From contig CADBNC010000208.1 of assembly GCA_902795885.1 (NCBI GenBank), positions 1 through 50,246 of the forward strand: a DNA stretch of 50,246 bases, written 5' to 3'. The notes below the pieces were generated by a model, which had not been told where the DNA came from, ran no database searches, and saw nothing but the letters and a program-made list of their open reading frames with translations. This stretch comes from Oscillospiraceae bacterium. Its GTDB lineage: Bacteria; Bacillota; Clostridia; Oscillospirales; Oscillospiraceae. Positions 36,041 through 45,616 of this stretch are shown one piece after another. Each line of letters begins with the position of its first letter. Positions within the stretch are counted from its first letter, which is position 1. A program made the translations under genes and the position numbers.

Positions 36041-38443
36041 TCAGGCGTGCTCTGAACTCTCATCTGCTGCTGAGAGAAAGCGCAGGGCTGCTTTCTGCAT
36101 GAGCTTTTTCGGGCCTGCCTTATCAAACTGTATGGTCAGCAGGAAATCCCCGCCCATTGGAATTACACTTTCTATTATTCCGGAGCCAAAAGCAGTGTGC
36201 CTGACGTGGACCCCCGGCTGGATTGTGAAGGAAGGTAATTCAGGCTCCTTCTGACGAGGTGGACGAATGACTGCGTGCGTATCTTCCCGCTGCTTCGCCC
36301 CCATCTTATCCGCAGCATAACCGGATGCTTTCAGCCCGGTGCGAAAATAGCCTGAGGCAGAAGGGGAGGAACCCTGTGGTTCCTCCATGAGGCCGGTTTC
36401 AATCAGAAAACGGCTTGGCCGGTTGGGGGTTGTCCTGCCATAGAGCATGCGCTGCCGGGTATGCGACAGGATCAGGCGCTCTTTTGCTCTGGTGACGGCC
36501 ACATAACAAAGCCGGCGTTCTTCCTCAATTTCTGCTTCATCATACATGGATTTTTGCCCGGGGAATAGGCCTTCCTCCATTCCGGCTACAAATACTACCG
36601 GGAATTCCAGCCCCTTTGCGCTGTGTATGGTCATGAGCGTGACAGAGTTGGCTTCTGTATCCATTCCGTCCAGATCGGTATAAAGCGCAATACTTGACAG
36701 ATAGCCGTCCAGGCTGACGTCACCAGTCTGCTCCGTATAGGCAACGATGCTGCTCTTAAGCTCCCGGACGTTCTCCACACGATCCTGGTCGCGGATATCA
36801 CCTGATTTTTCCAGCATATCAAGATAGCCGGTTTTTTCCAGAACAAGATCATAGAGGACGGATACATCCTCAGCGGATTCTCTGATTTCAAGAATCATGT
36901 CCGCAAAAGTACGCATACGGACAGCGGCCCTTGAGAGCTCGGGATAGGAATCCGCATGCCGGAATACTTCGAACAGGGGAATATCCATGTCTCTCGCAAT
37001 ATGCGCTGCAGTTTCGAGGCTTTTGGCCCCAATCCCGCGAGGCGGCACATTCACAATCCGCGAGAGCCGAAGCTCATCTTTCTGATCGGCCAGAACGCAG
37101 AGATATGCAAGGATATCCTTGATCTCTGCACGGTCGAAGAAACGGGTGCCGCCGAACACGCGATAGGGAATACCTGCGCGCTTCAGTGCAAATTCCAGCT
37201 GACTGGACAGGGCATTGATGCGATAAAGAACAGCATGCTCTCGCCAGGACGTCCCCTGAGCAAAATCGGTGAGGATATACGATGCTATTCTATAGGCCTC
37301 ATCGTTCTCATCGGAAGCGTGGAGCACCTGGACAGGATCACCGCGGTCATGCTCTGTCCAAAGCTCCTTTTCCTTACGGGAGGTGTTATTGCGGATAACA
37401 CGGTTGGCAACGTCCAGAATTCTCTCAGTACTGCGATAATTCTGCTCCAGACGGATTGTCCGGCATCCCTTGAACTGGTCTTCAAACGAAAGGATATTGC
37501 GTACATCCGCACCACGGAATCGGTAAATGCTCTGATCGTCATCGCCCACAACACAAAGATTCCTGTGAGAAGCGGAAAGAAGGGAGATCAGCAGAAACTG
37601 AAGGTGGTTTGTATCCTGATATTCGTCCACCATAATATAGGAAAACCTGTTCTGCCAGTATTCGCGGCATGCAGGATTACGCTCCAGAAGCAGGACCGTA
37701 TTGAGTATCAGGTCGTCAAAATCCATCGCGTTTGCCGCAAAGAGCCGGCGGGCGTACTCGCGGTATAGTTCGGCGTATCGCATGAGGCGGGAGTTGCCTT
37801 CCTGTCTGGCCTCAGCCGCAAATTCCTCAGGGGATTTTTTATCATCTTTTGCGTGGCTGATCACATTGAGAACGGCACGGGGCGGATAGGTTTTCTCGTC
37901 CAGATTGAAATCCTTCAGTATCTTTTTCATGACACTGGTGCTGTCGGAGGTGTCATAGATACTGAAAGAGGAGGAATATCCCAGATGTTCGGCATCCCTG
38001 CGCAGAATTCTCACACAGGCGGAATGAAACGTACATGCCCAGATATCCCGAACCTCTTCTCCAAGCCTTTGTTCAAGCCTTGATTTTAATTCGTCTGCCG
38101 CCTTGTTGGTGAAGGTGATCGCAAGGATTTTCCAGGGGGCAACAGGGTGGCACACCACATACTGCTCTGCGCCGGGAAGCCCCGCTTCCAAAGCGGAAAG
38201 AGCTTCCGGTGATGCAGGGCAGGGGAGCAGGTCTGTATCGGACGCAAGACCAAAGTGAATGAGGTTTTCTATACGGTTGATAAGAACCGTCGTTTTTCCG
38301 CTGCCGGCACCGGCGAGGATCAGCACAGGGCCCTGGGTGGCAAACACAGCCTCAAGCTGCCGGCTGTTCAGCCTGGAGAAATAGCGGGACAGCCACTGCC
38401 TGCGCGCTGTTATCATTTTTTCAGTTAATTGTTCCATATTCAT
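36041..38443 (-). CDS. pcrA: ATP-dependent DNA helicase PcrA/UvrD (SF1)
   Basis: AGAGSGKTTVL (motif I), TFTNKAA, DEYQDTN (motif II), VGDDDQSIYRFRGA, NYRST, IHSAKGLEF, YVAVTRAK. Confidence 0.95.
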   Translation of the reverse strand: MNMEQLTEKMITARRQWLSRYFSRLNSRQLEAVFATQGPVLILAGAGSGKTTVLINRIENLIHFGLASDTDLLPCPASPEALSALEAGLPGAEQYVVCHPVAPWKILAITFTNKAADELKSRLEQRLGEEVRDIWACTFHSACVRILRRDAEHLGYSSSFSIYDTSDSTSVMKKILKDFNLDEKTYPPRAVLNVISHAKDDKKSPEEFAAEARQEGNSRLMRYAELYREYARRLFAANAMDFDDLILNTVLLLERNPACREYWQNRFSYIMVDEYQDTNHLQFLLISLLSASHRNLCVVGDDDQSIYRFRGADVRNILSFEDQFKGCRTIRLEQNYRSTERILDVANRVIRNNTSRKEKELWTEHDRGDPVQVLHASDENDEAYRIASYILTDFAQGTSWREHAVLYRINALSSQLEFALKRAGIPYRVFGGTRFFDRAEIKDILAYLCVLADQKDELRLSRIVNVPPRGIGAKSLETAAHIARDMDIPLFEVFRHADSYPELSRAAVRMRTFADMILEIRESAEDVSVLYDLVLEKTGYLDMLEKSGDIRDQDRVENVRELKSSIVAYTEQTGDVSLDGYLSSIALYTDLDGMDTEANSVTLMTIHSAKGLEFPVVFVAGMEEGLFPGQKSMYDEAEIEEERRLCYVAVTRAKERLILSHTRQRMLYGRTTPNRPSRFLIETGLMEEPQGSSPSASGYFRTGLKASGYAADKMGAKQREDTHAVIRPPRQKEPELPSFTIQPGVHVRHTAFGSGIIESVIPMGGDFLLTIQFDKAGPKKLMQKAALRFLSAADESSEHA

Positions 38444-38490
38444 GCAGCAATTGTATCATAAATATCAGCAGTCATCAAGAAGAGAAATGT

Positions 38491-38519
38491 TTGCATTTCA
38501 AGTTGTCATATGCTATGAT
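38491..38519 (+). promoter_or_regulatory. Candidate sigma-A promoter for prfC
   Basis: TTGCAT (38491-38496), 17-nt spacer, TATGAT (38514-38519), with a TGn extended -10. Confidence 0.5.
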
Positions 38520-38553
38520 AAAAAATAATTTTCTATTCCGGAGGTTTGATTTT

Positions 38554-40140
38554 GTGTCAAAGCTGAGCGATGAGATAAACCGCAGACGGACATTCGCCAT
38601 TATATCACACCCTGATGCAGGTAAGACAACTTTAACCGAAAAGCTTCTTCTGTACGGAGGCGCGATCCAACAGGCAGGTGCTGTAAAGGGAAAGGCAGCC
38701 GCCCGTCATGCAGTCTCTGACTGGATGGAGCTCGAAAAGCAGAGGGGGATCTCCATCACTTCGTCTGTTATGCAGTTTGAGTATGACGGTTACTGCATCA
38801 ATATTCTGGATACACCGGGACATCAGGATTTTTCAGAAGACACCTACAGAACGTTGATGGCTGCTGATTCGGCAGTAATGGTGATTGACGCGGCAAAGGG
38901 AATTGAGCCGCAGACCAGAAAGCTGTTTCACATCTGTGCCATGCGCCACATTCCGATCTTTACTTTCATCAACAAGCTTGACCGTGAGGCGAGAAGCCCA
39001 TTTGATCTGATGGAAGAGCTTGAAAAGGAATTCCAGATCGGTACCTATCCCATGAACTGGCCCATTGGATGCGGCCATGATTTTAAGGGAATATATGACC
39101 GCGGCGAAAAGGAAATCCTGTCCTATCAGCAGTTCCACAGCGGGACTGAAAAAATCAGCGCTGATCATTTCAGCCTCCAGGATAAGGAAATGCTGGATGA
39201 AAGAATCGGGTCACGCCTGCTGTCTGTTCTCGAGGAAGAGATTGAACTCGTCGACGGAGCAGGATATGATTTTGACCTGGAAGCAATTCAGCAGGGGCTG
39301 CTGAGTCCGGTTTATTTTGGCTCGGCGCTGAACAACTTCGGTGTGGAGCAGTTTCTGAAAAGCTTCCTCGAGTTGACGATTCCACCCCTGCCGCGGGAAT
39401 CCGGCGGCGTCCCCAAGGAACCGACAGATCCGGATTTTTCTGCCTTTGTTTTCAAAATTCAGGCAAATATGAACAAGGCACACAGAGACAGAATCGCGTT
39501 TTTCAGAATCTGCTCAGGCCAGTTCGACAGGGAAAAGGAATACTGGCATGTTCAGGGTGGAAAGGCTCTTCGCCTTCCGCAGCCTCAGCAGCTGATGGCT
39601 TCTGACCGCGCGGTGATTGATCATGCGTATGCAGGCGACATCATCGGGGTGTTTGATCCCGGTATTTTCCACATCGGGGATACCGTCTGCGAAAAGGGAA
39701 TGAACGTGGAATACGGAGGCATTCCAAGCTTTGCCCCGGAACACTTCGCCCTGGTTGAGCGGATCGATACCATGAAACGCAAGCAGTTTGAAAAAGGCAT
39801 TATGCAGATTGCCCAGGAGGGCGCTATTCAGATTTTCCATGATCCTCATTCCGGAATGGAAGAAGTGTATGTCGGTGTTGTGGGGAATCTGCAGTTCGAA
39901 GTACTGGAATATCGTCTGAAAACCGAATATGGCGTTGATATCCGCCGCCGTCCATTGCCATATGAGCTGATTCGATGGCTGGATGTGGAAGAATCTGCCA
40001 TTCGTTCACTGAATCTTACCAGTGATACAAAATGGGTACAGGATTTCAAGGGGAATAATCTGCTGCTGTTTACATCCGGCTGGTGTGTGGACTGGGCTGT
40101 GAATAAAAACCCGGGGATTGTTCTTCGCGCCGTAAACTGA
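38554..40140 (+). CDS. prfC: Peptide chain release factor 3
   Basis: RRTFAIISHPDAGKTTLTEKLLL.GGAIQ.AG.VK, DTPGHQDF, NKLDR and full-length RF3 resemblance. GTG 38554 follows GGAGG by 8 nt. Confidence 0.93.
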   Translation: MSKLSDEINRRRTFAIISHPDAGKTTLTEKLLLYGGAIQQAGAVKGKAAARHAVSDWMELEKQRGISITSSVMQFEYDGYCINILDTPGHQDFSEDTYRTLMAADSAVMVIDAAKGIEPQTRKLFHICAMRHIPIFTFINKLDREARSPFDLMEELEKEFQIGTYPMNWPIGCGHDFKGIYDRGEKEILSYQQFHSGTEKISADHFSLQDKEMLDERIGSRLLSVLEEEIELVDGAGYDFDLEAIQQGLLSPVYFGSALNNFGVEQFLKSFLELTIPPLPRESGGVPKEPTDPDFSAFVFKIQANMNKAHRDRIAFFRICSGQFDREKEYWHVQGGKALRLPQPQQLMASDRAVIDHAYAGDIIGVFDPGIFHIGDTVCEKGMNVEYGGIPSFAPEHFALVERIDTMKRKQFEKGIMQIAQEGAIQIFHDPHSGMEEVYVGVVGNLQFEVLEYRLKTEYGVDIRRRPLPYELIRWLDVEESAIRSLNLTSDTKWVQDFKGNNLLLFTSGWCVDWAVNKNPGIVLRAVN

Positions 40141-40211
40141 ACTGAGACCGTTATATCGCTAAAAAAGAACAGATGCGGTCAAAGAAGGCTGCATGACAGA
40201 GGAGATAGAAA

Positions 40212-40823
40212 ATGAGCGAAAAGAAACTGATGCTTGAGATATTCCGAAAAAAGAATGCGGATGAGTTTTCTGCAGCCATTTCGGACCGGGAGTCCAGAGC
40301 GGATACCGGTTCTGCAATGGCGGCCGTTGGTGCTCTCGCTGCGGCGCTTCTCCACAGGGCCAGCCTGATGTGTGAAGACCAGCAGAATGAGAAGCTTGCA
40401 TGGCTCGTCCGCAATACCGAGATTCTGCGCACCTATATGGTTAATCTGATCGACGAGGATGTGAAATGCAGAGGACCGCTGCGCCGGGCGCTGAAGGAAA
40501 ATGACCCCAGGGCTATTGAAGCGGCGCGTCAGACAGGCGTGAATATCTGTGCGGAAATCATCCATATGATGCAGACCTGTCTGGAGATGGCCGTGGATTT
40601 GCTGCCGTTTGCAGAACAGAATGCTGCATCCTATATAAAGGAAAGTGCAGAGCTGGCGCTGGCCGCCGCAAAGGGCTGCGTGCCATACATCCTTATGATG
40701 GGAAGCTACAGCAGCGATGATACCTACCGGTATGTCCTGAAGCGTGAGAATGAGCTTAACATCGAAGCGCTGCAGGCTGCCTATGAGAAGCTTCAGGAAG
40801 CGTTGTCTGCCATGGATGCCTGA
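40212..40823 (+). CDS. Cyclodeaminase/cyclohydrolase-family (FTCD_C-like) all-helical protein
   Basis: EFSAAISDRESRADTGSAMAAVGALAAALL parallels the EF...S..P.PGGGSAAA..GALGAAL start of FTCD_C/FchA proteins. The PGGGS motif is degenerate (DTGS). This is a tentative call. Confidence 0.5.
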   Translation: MSEKKLMLEIFRKKNADEFSAAISDRESRADTGSAMAAVGALAAALLHRASLMCEDQQNEKLAWLVRNTEILRTYMVNLIDEDVKCRGPLRRALKENDPRAIEAARQTGVNICAEIIHMMQTCLEMAVDLLPFAEQNAASYIKESAELALAAAKGCVPYILMMGSYSSDDTYRYVLKRENELNIEALQAAYEKLQEALSAMDA

Positions 40824-40877
40824 AGCTTCAGAAGGCTCAGCCGAGTATCCATTCCGGCTGATCGGGGCTAAAAAAAC

Positions 40878-40906
40878 TTGCACTTTTTCCACCATTCCAT
40901 TATAAT
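40878..40906 (+). promoter_or_regulatory. Candidate sigma-A promoter for cdaA
   Basis: TTGCAC (40878-40883), 17-nt spacer, TATAAT (40901-40906). Confidence 0.55.
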
Positions 40907-40966
40907 ATTAATTTGCGGATGCTGCAGTTGAGCAGAATGCTATTTTAGGAAAATGAGGAGCAGAGG

Positions 40967-41824
40967 ATGGAAGCCTTTGTCGCATTGTTTGAAAATGCTT
41001 TCAGCTATATAAAGACAATCAGGCTTACCGATGCCGTTGATATTCTGATTGTCGCATTCCTGATTTATAAGGTATGCATGGTTCTCCGCAAGACGAATTC
41101 GAGAAATCTCGCAAGAAGCATCATCCTTCTGATTGTAATTGTCATCGTATCGTACCTGTTCAATCTCACGATGATCAATTTTCTTCTCAGAAAAGCCACT
41201 GAACTCGGGCTGATTGCCCTTGTTGTTCTGTTTCAGCCGGAACTGCGCAGAATGCTTGAAAGGGTTGGCAGTACGTTTACTTCCAGCAGAAGTGCGTCAA
41301 GCCCGGTTCTGGAGTCTGCGCTCTCTCAGACAGTCCTTGCCTGTTCGGATATGTCCCGCAGCAGAACCGGCGCGCTGATCATTTTTGAGCGCAGCATTGA
41401 CCTTGGCTCCATCATGAATACCGGAACGATGATCAATGCGGATGTCACGGCGGAGCTTCTGAAAAACCTGTTTTATAACAAGGCACCGCTTCATGATGGC
41501 GCTGTTATCATAAAAAATGCCAGGGTTGCCGCTGCCGGATGTGTGCTGCCTCTTACGAAAAGCCAGAATCTCAGCAAGGATCTTGGCATGCGCCACAGAG
41601 CCGGCATCGGGCTGAGTGAACAGTCTGACGCTGTTGTTCTGATTGTATCTGAGGAAACCGGCGCAATATCCATGGCTATTGACGGGATGCTGAAGCGTCA
41701 TCTGAATGATGCATCCCTTACGCAGCTTCTTCATGCGGAGCTGATTCAGGAACCCGATGAGAAAAACGGGAAAAAATTCCTTCAGGATATGCTTGCAAAG
41801 CTTTTCAGGAGGAAAAAAGTATGA
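40967..41824 (+). CDS. cdaA: Diadenylate cyclase CdaA (3 TM plus DisA_N/DAC domain)
   Basis: DILIVAFLIY; GALIIFER; HDGAVII; GMRHRAGIGLSEQSDAVVLIVSEETG (DGA and RHR motifs). Confidence 0.93.
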   Translation: MEAFVALFENAFSYIKTIRLTDAVDILIVAFLIYKVCMVLRKTNSRNLARSIILLIVIVIVSYLFNLTMINFLLRKATELGLIALVVLFQPELRRMLERVGSTFTSSRSASSPVLESALSQTVLACSDMSRSRTGALIIFERSIDLGSIMNTGTMINADVTAELLKNLFYNKAPLHDGAVIIKNARVAAAGCVLPLTKSQNLSKDLGMRHRAGIGLSEQSDAVVLIVSEETGAISMAIDGMLKRHLNDASLTQLLHAELIQEPDEKNGKKFLQDMLAKLFRRKKV

Positions 41825-43080
41825 ACAGCAGAAATCCATTAAGAATCATTCTGAACAGCCGCCTGTTCTGGGCCTTGCTTTCCCTTCTTTCCTCTTTGAT
41901 GATCTGGACCTATGTTGTCAGCACAGAGGAATCCGATGTCAGCCAGGTATTCACCAATATCCCGCTGGAGCTGACGGGGGAAGATACTCTCCTTAATAAC
42001 CGTGAGCTTGTTATAACAGATGTAGATCCGAATGAAGTGCAGGTTGAGATTCACGGGCCAAGGCGGATCGTTAACGCACTGGATTCCGACAGTCTGGTTG
42101 CGCAGGTTGATGTCAGCAAGCTTACAAGGCCGGCCTACGCTTCGATGAAATACAAAATTGTTTATCCGGATGCCGTTGACACACGTGGTCTGTCCGAGTC
42201 CAATTACAGCCCGGAGAATGTCAGCTTCCAGGTTTCTCTGCTCAACTCCGTCACTATCCCTGTAAGAGGCGGGTTTGAAGGCAAACTGGCGGATGGTTTC
42301 ACGGCTGAAGCGCCTGTCTTTGAACCGGCGACGATTACGGTATCAGGTCCGGACGCCTATCTGAAAGACGTGGCCTACGCCTGGGTGAGCTTCGGAACGG
42401 ATATAACCGCTTCTTCCACATACAGTGTTGATTCCGCATTTGTGCTGATGGACAGCGAAGGGAATCCGATTTCCACAGAACATCTTCAGACTTCTGAAGA
42501 TACGGTTTCCGCAACACTGCCGATTCTGATGGTAAAGGATGTCGCTCTTACAGTGGAGCTGATTGAAGGTGCGGGCGCGACGCTCTCCAATGCCAAGGTT
42601 ACTGTCGAACCTGATCATATTACGCTTGCAGGAGACTCTGCGATACTGGAAGGTATCAACAAGATTGTCCTCAGCACGATCGATATGACCGATTTCCGCA
42701 GCAGCTTCACGGAAACCTACCCGATCACAATTGAGAATTCGCTTCGCAATCTCACAGGGGTCACGGAAGCGAAGGTAAGTGTTGAGATTGTGGGTCTTAC
42801 AACCAAAACATTTACGGTCAGGAATATTTCGCTGATCAATGTCCCGGAGACCATCCAGGCTGAGCTTATCAGCGAGGGAATTGAAGTTGTTATCAGAGGC
42901 AAAGAAGAGCAGCTTGCAGAACTCAAGGCAGAGAGTATCCGCGCGGTTGCCGATCTGGCAGATTATAAGGATTCAACCGGCACATATATGGCAAATGCCC
43001 GCATCTATGTGGATGGCTTTGTTGATGTCGGCGCGATCGGAACGTACCCGATTACGGTAACGATTACAAAACAGGGTTAA
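41821..43080 (+). CDS. cdaR: CdaA regulatory protein CdaR (YbbR-domain repeats)
   Basis: ATGA overlap with cdaA. N-terminal TM, then repeated YbbR-like beta modules (VSxxVxGP..., TVxVxG...). Confidence 0.85.
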   Translation: MNSRNPLRIILNSRLFWALLSLLSSLMIWTYVVSTEESDVSQVFTNIPLELTGEDTLLNNRELVITDVDPNEVQVEIHGPRRIVNALDSDSLVAQVDVSKLTRPAYASMKYKIVYPDAVDTRGLSESNYSPENVSFQVSLLNSVTIPVRGGFEGKLADGFTAEAPVFEPATITVSGPDAYLKDVAYAWVSFGTDITASSTYSVDSAFVLMDSEGNPISTEHLQTSEDTVSATLPILMVKDVALTVELIEGAGATLSNAKVTVEPDHITLAGDSAILEGINKIVLSTIDMTDFRSSFTETYPITIENSLRNLTGVTEAKVSVEIVGLTTKTFTVRNISLINVPETIQAELISEGIEVVIRGKEEQLAELKAESIRAVADLADYKDSTGTYMANARIYVDGFVDVGAIGTYPITVTITKQG

Positions 43081-43102
43081 CAGGTAAAGGTCTGAGGTAT
43101 TT

Positions 43103-43504
43103 ATGACACAGGATGCAATTGTAATCAAAACACTTCCAAACAAAATGGCGGAAGTCGTAGTGGCAAGACAGACTGCCTGCGGCAGTAACTGCGGCAGCTG
43201 TGAGGCCTGCGTGTTCCAGTCGGAACTGCGGGCTGTCGCAAAGAACAGAATTGATGCAAAGCCGGGGCAGAAAGTCGTTATCTCGAGCAGAAATGCCAAA
43301 GTTTTCAGCGCAGCAATCATGGTTTATGTGATGCCGCTTGTTCTCTTCCTGCTTGGCTTTGTCCTGGCGAATATGCTCGGGGCTTCGGAAGGGATCTGTA
43401 TTCTTGTAAGCTTCCTGTTCCTTTGCGTTTCGGCCTGTATTCTTGTTCAGTTACAGAAACGCCAGAAAGCGGAAAATCAAATTCAGTTTGATATTGTTTC
43501 ATAA
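43103..43504 (+). CDS. RseC/MucC-family (SoxR-reducing-system component-like) membrane protein
   Basis: Contains the ...ACGSNCGSCEAC... Cys cluster, then PGQKVVIS and two TM helices. This is the typical RseC_MucC layout. Confidence 0.65.
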   Translation: MTQDAIVIKTLPNKMAEVVVARQTACGSNCGSCEACVFQSELRAVAKNRIDAKPGQKVVISSRNAKVFSAAIMVYVMPLVLFLLGFVLANMLGASEGICILVSFLFLCVSACILVQLQKRQKAENQIQFDIVS

Positions 43505-43530
43505 GCAGACTTACGGGAGGTACAGGAACC

Positions 43531-44406
43531 ATGCTAAAGAGCATGACCGGATATGGCAGCGCAAAAGGTGTGGCGGCAGGGATGGCTGTCCGTGCTGAGA
43601 TCAGATGTGTGAACAGCAGATATCTGGATTTGAATATCAAATTGCCGCGGGGCTTCCTCTTTGCGGAAGACTCTGTCAAAGCCCTGATCCAGCAGAGCAT
43701 TTCACGGGGTAAGGTGGATTTTTTCCTGATCTTTGAAGATTCTGCTGTTGATGTACAGCTGTGCGCAAACACAGAACTTGCCGGGGCTTATGTGGCCGCA
43801 TTGCGGGAGCTGGAAACGCAGTTTCAGATTCCCGGGAATATATCCGCCGTTGATATTGCGCGTTTTCCTGATGTGCTTGTTCAGGTCAGGAAGGACGTCG
43901 ACCAGGAGCTCTTCGTGAAGGAACTGTCCGGAATTGTCGGGCAGGCACTGGCCGATCTCAATGCCATGCGTGAGAGGGAAGGCGAAAAGCTGAAAGCGGA
44001 TCTTTTCCATAAGGCCGATGATATGGAGGCTCTTGTCGGGCAGATAGAGGTGGCTTCTCCTGAGACGCTGAAAAACTATCGCAGCAGACTTGAGGCCAAG
44101 CTTGCCGACCTGATGGCCGATCAGAAGGTCACACAGGAGCGGATCATTATGGAAGCGGCTGTTTTTGCAGACCGTATTGCAACGGATGAAGAGACCGTCC
44201 GCCTTCGCAGCCATCTTTCCCAGTATCGTGCAATGCTTTCCCAGGGGTCGCCGATAGGCAGGAAACTCGATTTCCTGATTCAGGAGTTCAACAGGGAAGC
44301 GAACACCATCGGCTCAAAGTGCCAGGACAGTTCCATTTCCTATCTGGTTGTATCCCTAAAGTCGGAAATTGAAAAAGCGCGTGAGCAGATTCAGAACATC
44401 GAATAG
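43531..44406 (+). CDS. yicC: YicC-family endoribonuclease / stress-induced protein
   Basis: MLKSMTGYG...VNSRYLD...GRKLDFLIQEFNREANTIGSK...REQIQNIE is collinear with E. coli YicC. Confidence 0.9.
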   Translation: MLKSMTGYGSAKGVAAGMAVRAEIRCVNSRYLDLNIKLPRGFLFAEDSVKALIQQSISRGKVDFFLIFEDSAVDVQLCANTELAGAYVAALRELETQFQIPGNISAVDIARFPDVLVQVRKDVDQELFVKELSGIVGQALADLNAMREREGEKLKADLFHKADDMEALVGQIEVASPETLKNYRSRLEAKLADLMADQKVTQERIIMEAAVFADRIATDEETVRLRSHLSQYRAMLSQGSPIGRKLDFLIQEFNREANTIGSKCQDSSISYLVVSLKSEIEKAREQIQNIE

Positions 44407-44442
44407 CAGTGCGGCGGGGCACGGGAAGAGCAGAAGACAGAA

Positions 44443-44679
44443 ATGGATTTGTTGCCGATTGGATTTGGGAATTATGTTGTCAGGGATAAAATCCTGATGA
44501 TCTCGAGCCCGGATTCCGCGCCGATAAAGCGGATGATCAGCGATGCGAGAGAACGTGGAATGCTGGTTGATGCATCCTTCGGAAGAAGTACAAAGAGCCT
44601 TGTGCTGCTGACAAGCGGGCATCTTGTGCTTTCATCCTGTTCCACGGAGGAACTGACGAAAGATCTTCGGGGATCGTAG
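44443..44679 (+). CDS. remA: RemA/YlzA (DUF370) regulatory protein
   Basis: IGFGNYVVRDKILMISSPDSAPIKRMISDARERGMLVDASFGRSTKS is near-identical in pattern to B. subtilis RemA. Confidence 0.85.
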   Translation: MDLLPIGFGNYVVRDKILMISSPDSAPIKRMISDARERGMLVDASFGRSTKSLVLLTSGHLVLSSCSTEELTKDLRGS

Positions 44680-44687
44680 AGAGGAGC

Positions 44688-45314
44688 TTGTATTTGAGTA
44701 AAGGAAAACTGATTATTCTTTCCGGGCCTTCCGGCGCCGGAAAGAGCACAGTTGTAAACAAGGCGATTGAAAAAAGAGGGAATATCTGCTTTTCCGTTTC
44801 CGTGACAACCAGAAAACCACGGGAAGGCGAGATTGACGGCAGGGATTATTTTTTCATTGATGCAGACACATATGACCGCATGCTTGAGAACAATGAGCTC
44901 CTGGAACATGCGCGCTATGTGAACAACTGTTATGGAACGCCGGCTTCATTTGTTAATGAAAAACTGGAAGCCGGGATGAATGTTGTCCTGGATATCGAAA
45001 TTCAGGGCGCATGGCAGGTTAAGCAGAAGATTCCTGATGCCGTGACGATCTTTATTCTCCCGCCCTCCATGGCACTCTTGGAGCACCGACTGAAAAGCAG
45101 AGGAACGGACAGCCCTGAAGCTGTTGCCGCACGCATAGAACGTGCCAGGCAGGAAATCCAGGAAGCTGATTTCTATGACTATCTGATTGTAAACAGAGAC
45201 GTGGATCTTGCGGCAGACCAGCTTCTTGCGATTCTGGATGCTGAGCATTGCCGCTTTCAGCGTTCCGTCTGTGATCGTGTGCTCTCCAATGAGGCATGTG
45301 ACGACCTGTTATAG
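44688..45314 (+). CDS. gmk: Guanylate kinase
   Basis: LSGPSGAGKSTV, TTRKPREGEIDGRDYFF, GT. TTG start (an alternative TTG lies at 44694). Confidence 0.93.
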   Translation: MYLSKGKLIILSGPSGAGKSTVVNKAIEKRGNICFSVSVTTRKPREGEIDGRDYFFIDADTYDRMLENNELLEHARYVNNCYGTPASFVNEKLEAGMNVVLDIEIQGAWQVKQKIPDAVTIFILPPSMALLEHRLKSRGTDSPEAVAARIERARQEIQEADFYDYLIVNRDVDLAADQLLAILDAEHCRFQRSVCDRVLSNEACDDLL

Positions 45315-45406
45315 ACTGTATTTGAACAGCAAGATTATTTCCCGCTGCTGAATGCAGCATACCTTAAGAATAAGAAGACATACAGAGTTGAAAGGAAGAA
45401 TGTATT

Positions 45407-45610
45407 ATGATGCTATATCCGCCTGTTGCAGAGCTGGTTGATAAGGTTGGCAGCAGATATCAGCTGGTGAACCTGGTTGCAAAGCGAGCCAGAGAGCTGT
45501 CCCTCAGGGCGGAAGAACAGCCCGGCGCTTCTGAGAAAAAGCCGGTTTCCACGGCCATTGACGAGGTCTATACCGGTAAGCTGTCCCTGAAGAATGAGGA
45601 AAATACCTGA
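45407..45610 (+). CDS. rpoZ: DNA-directed RNA polymerase subunit omega
   Basis: SRYQLVNLVAKRAREL core. It follows gmk as in most Firmicutes. Confidence 0.85.
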   Translation: MMLYPPVAELVDKVGSRYQLVNLVAKRARELSLRAEEQPGASEKKPVSTAIDEVYTGKLSLKNEENT

Positions 45611-45616
45611 GGGGAA

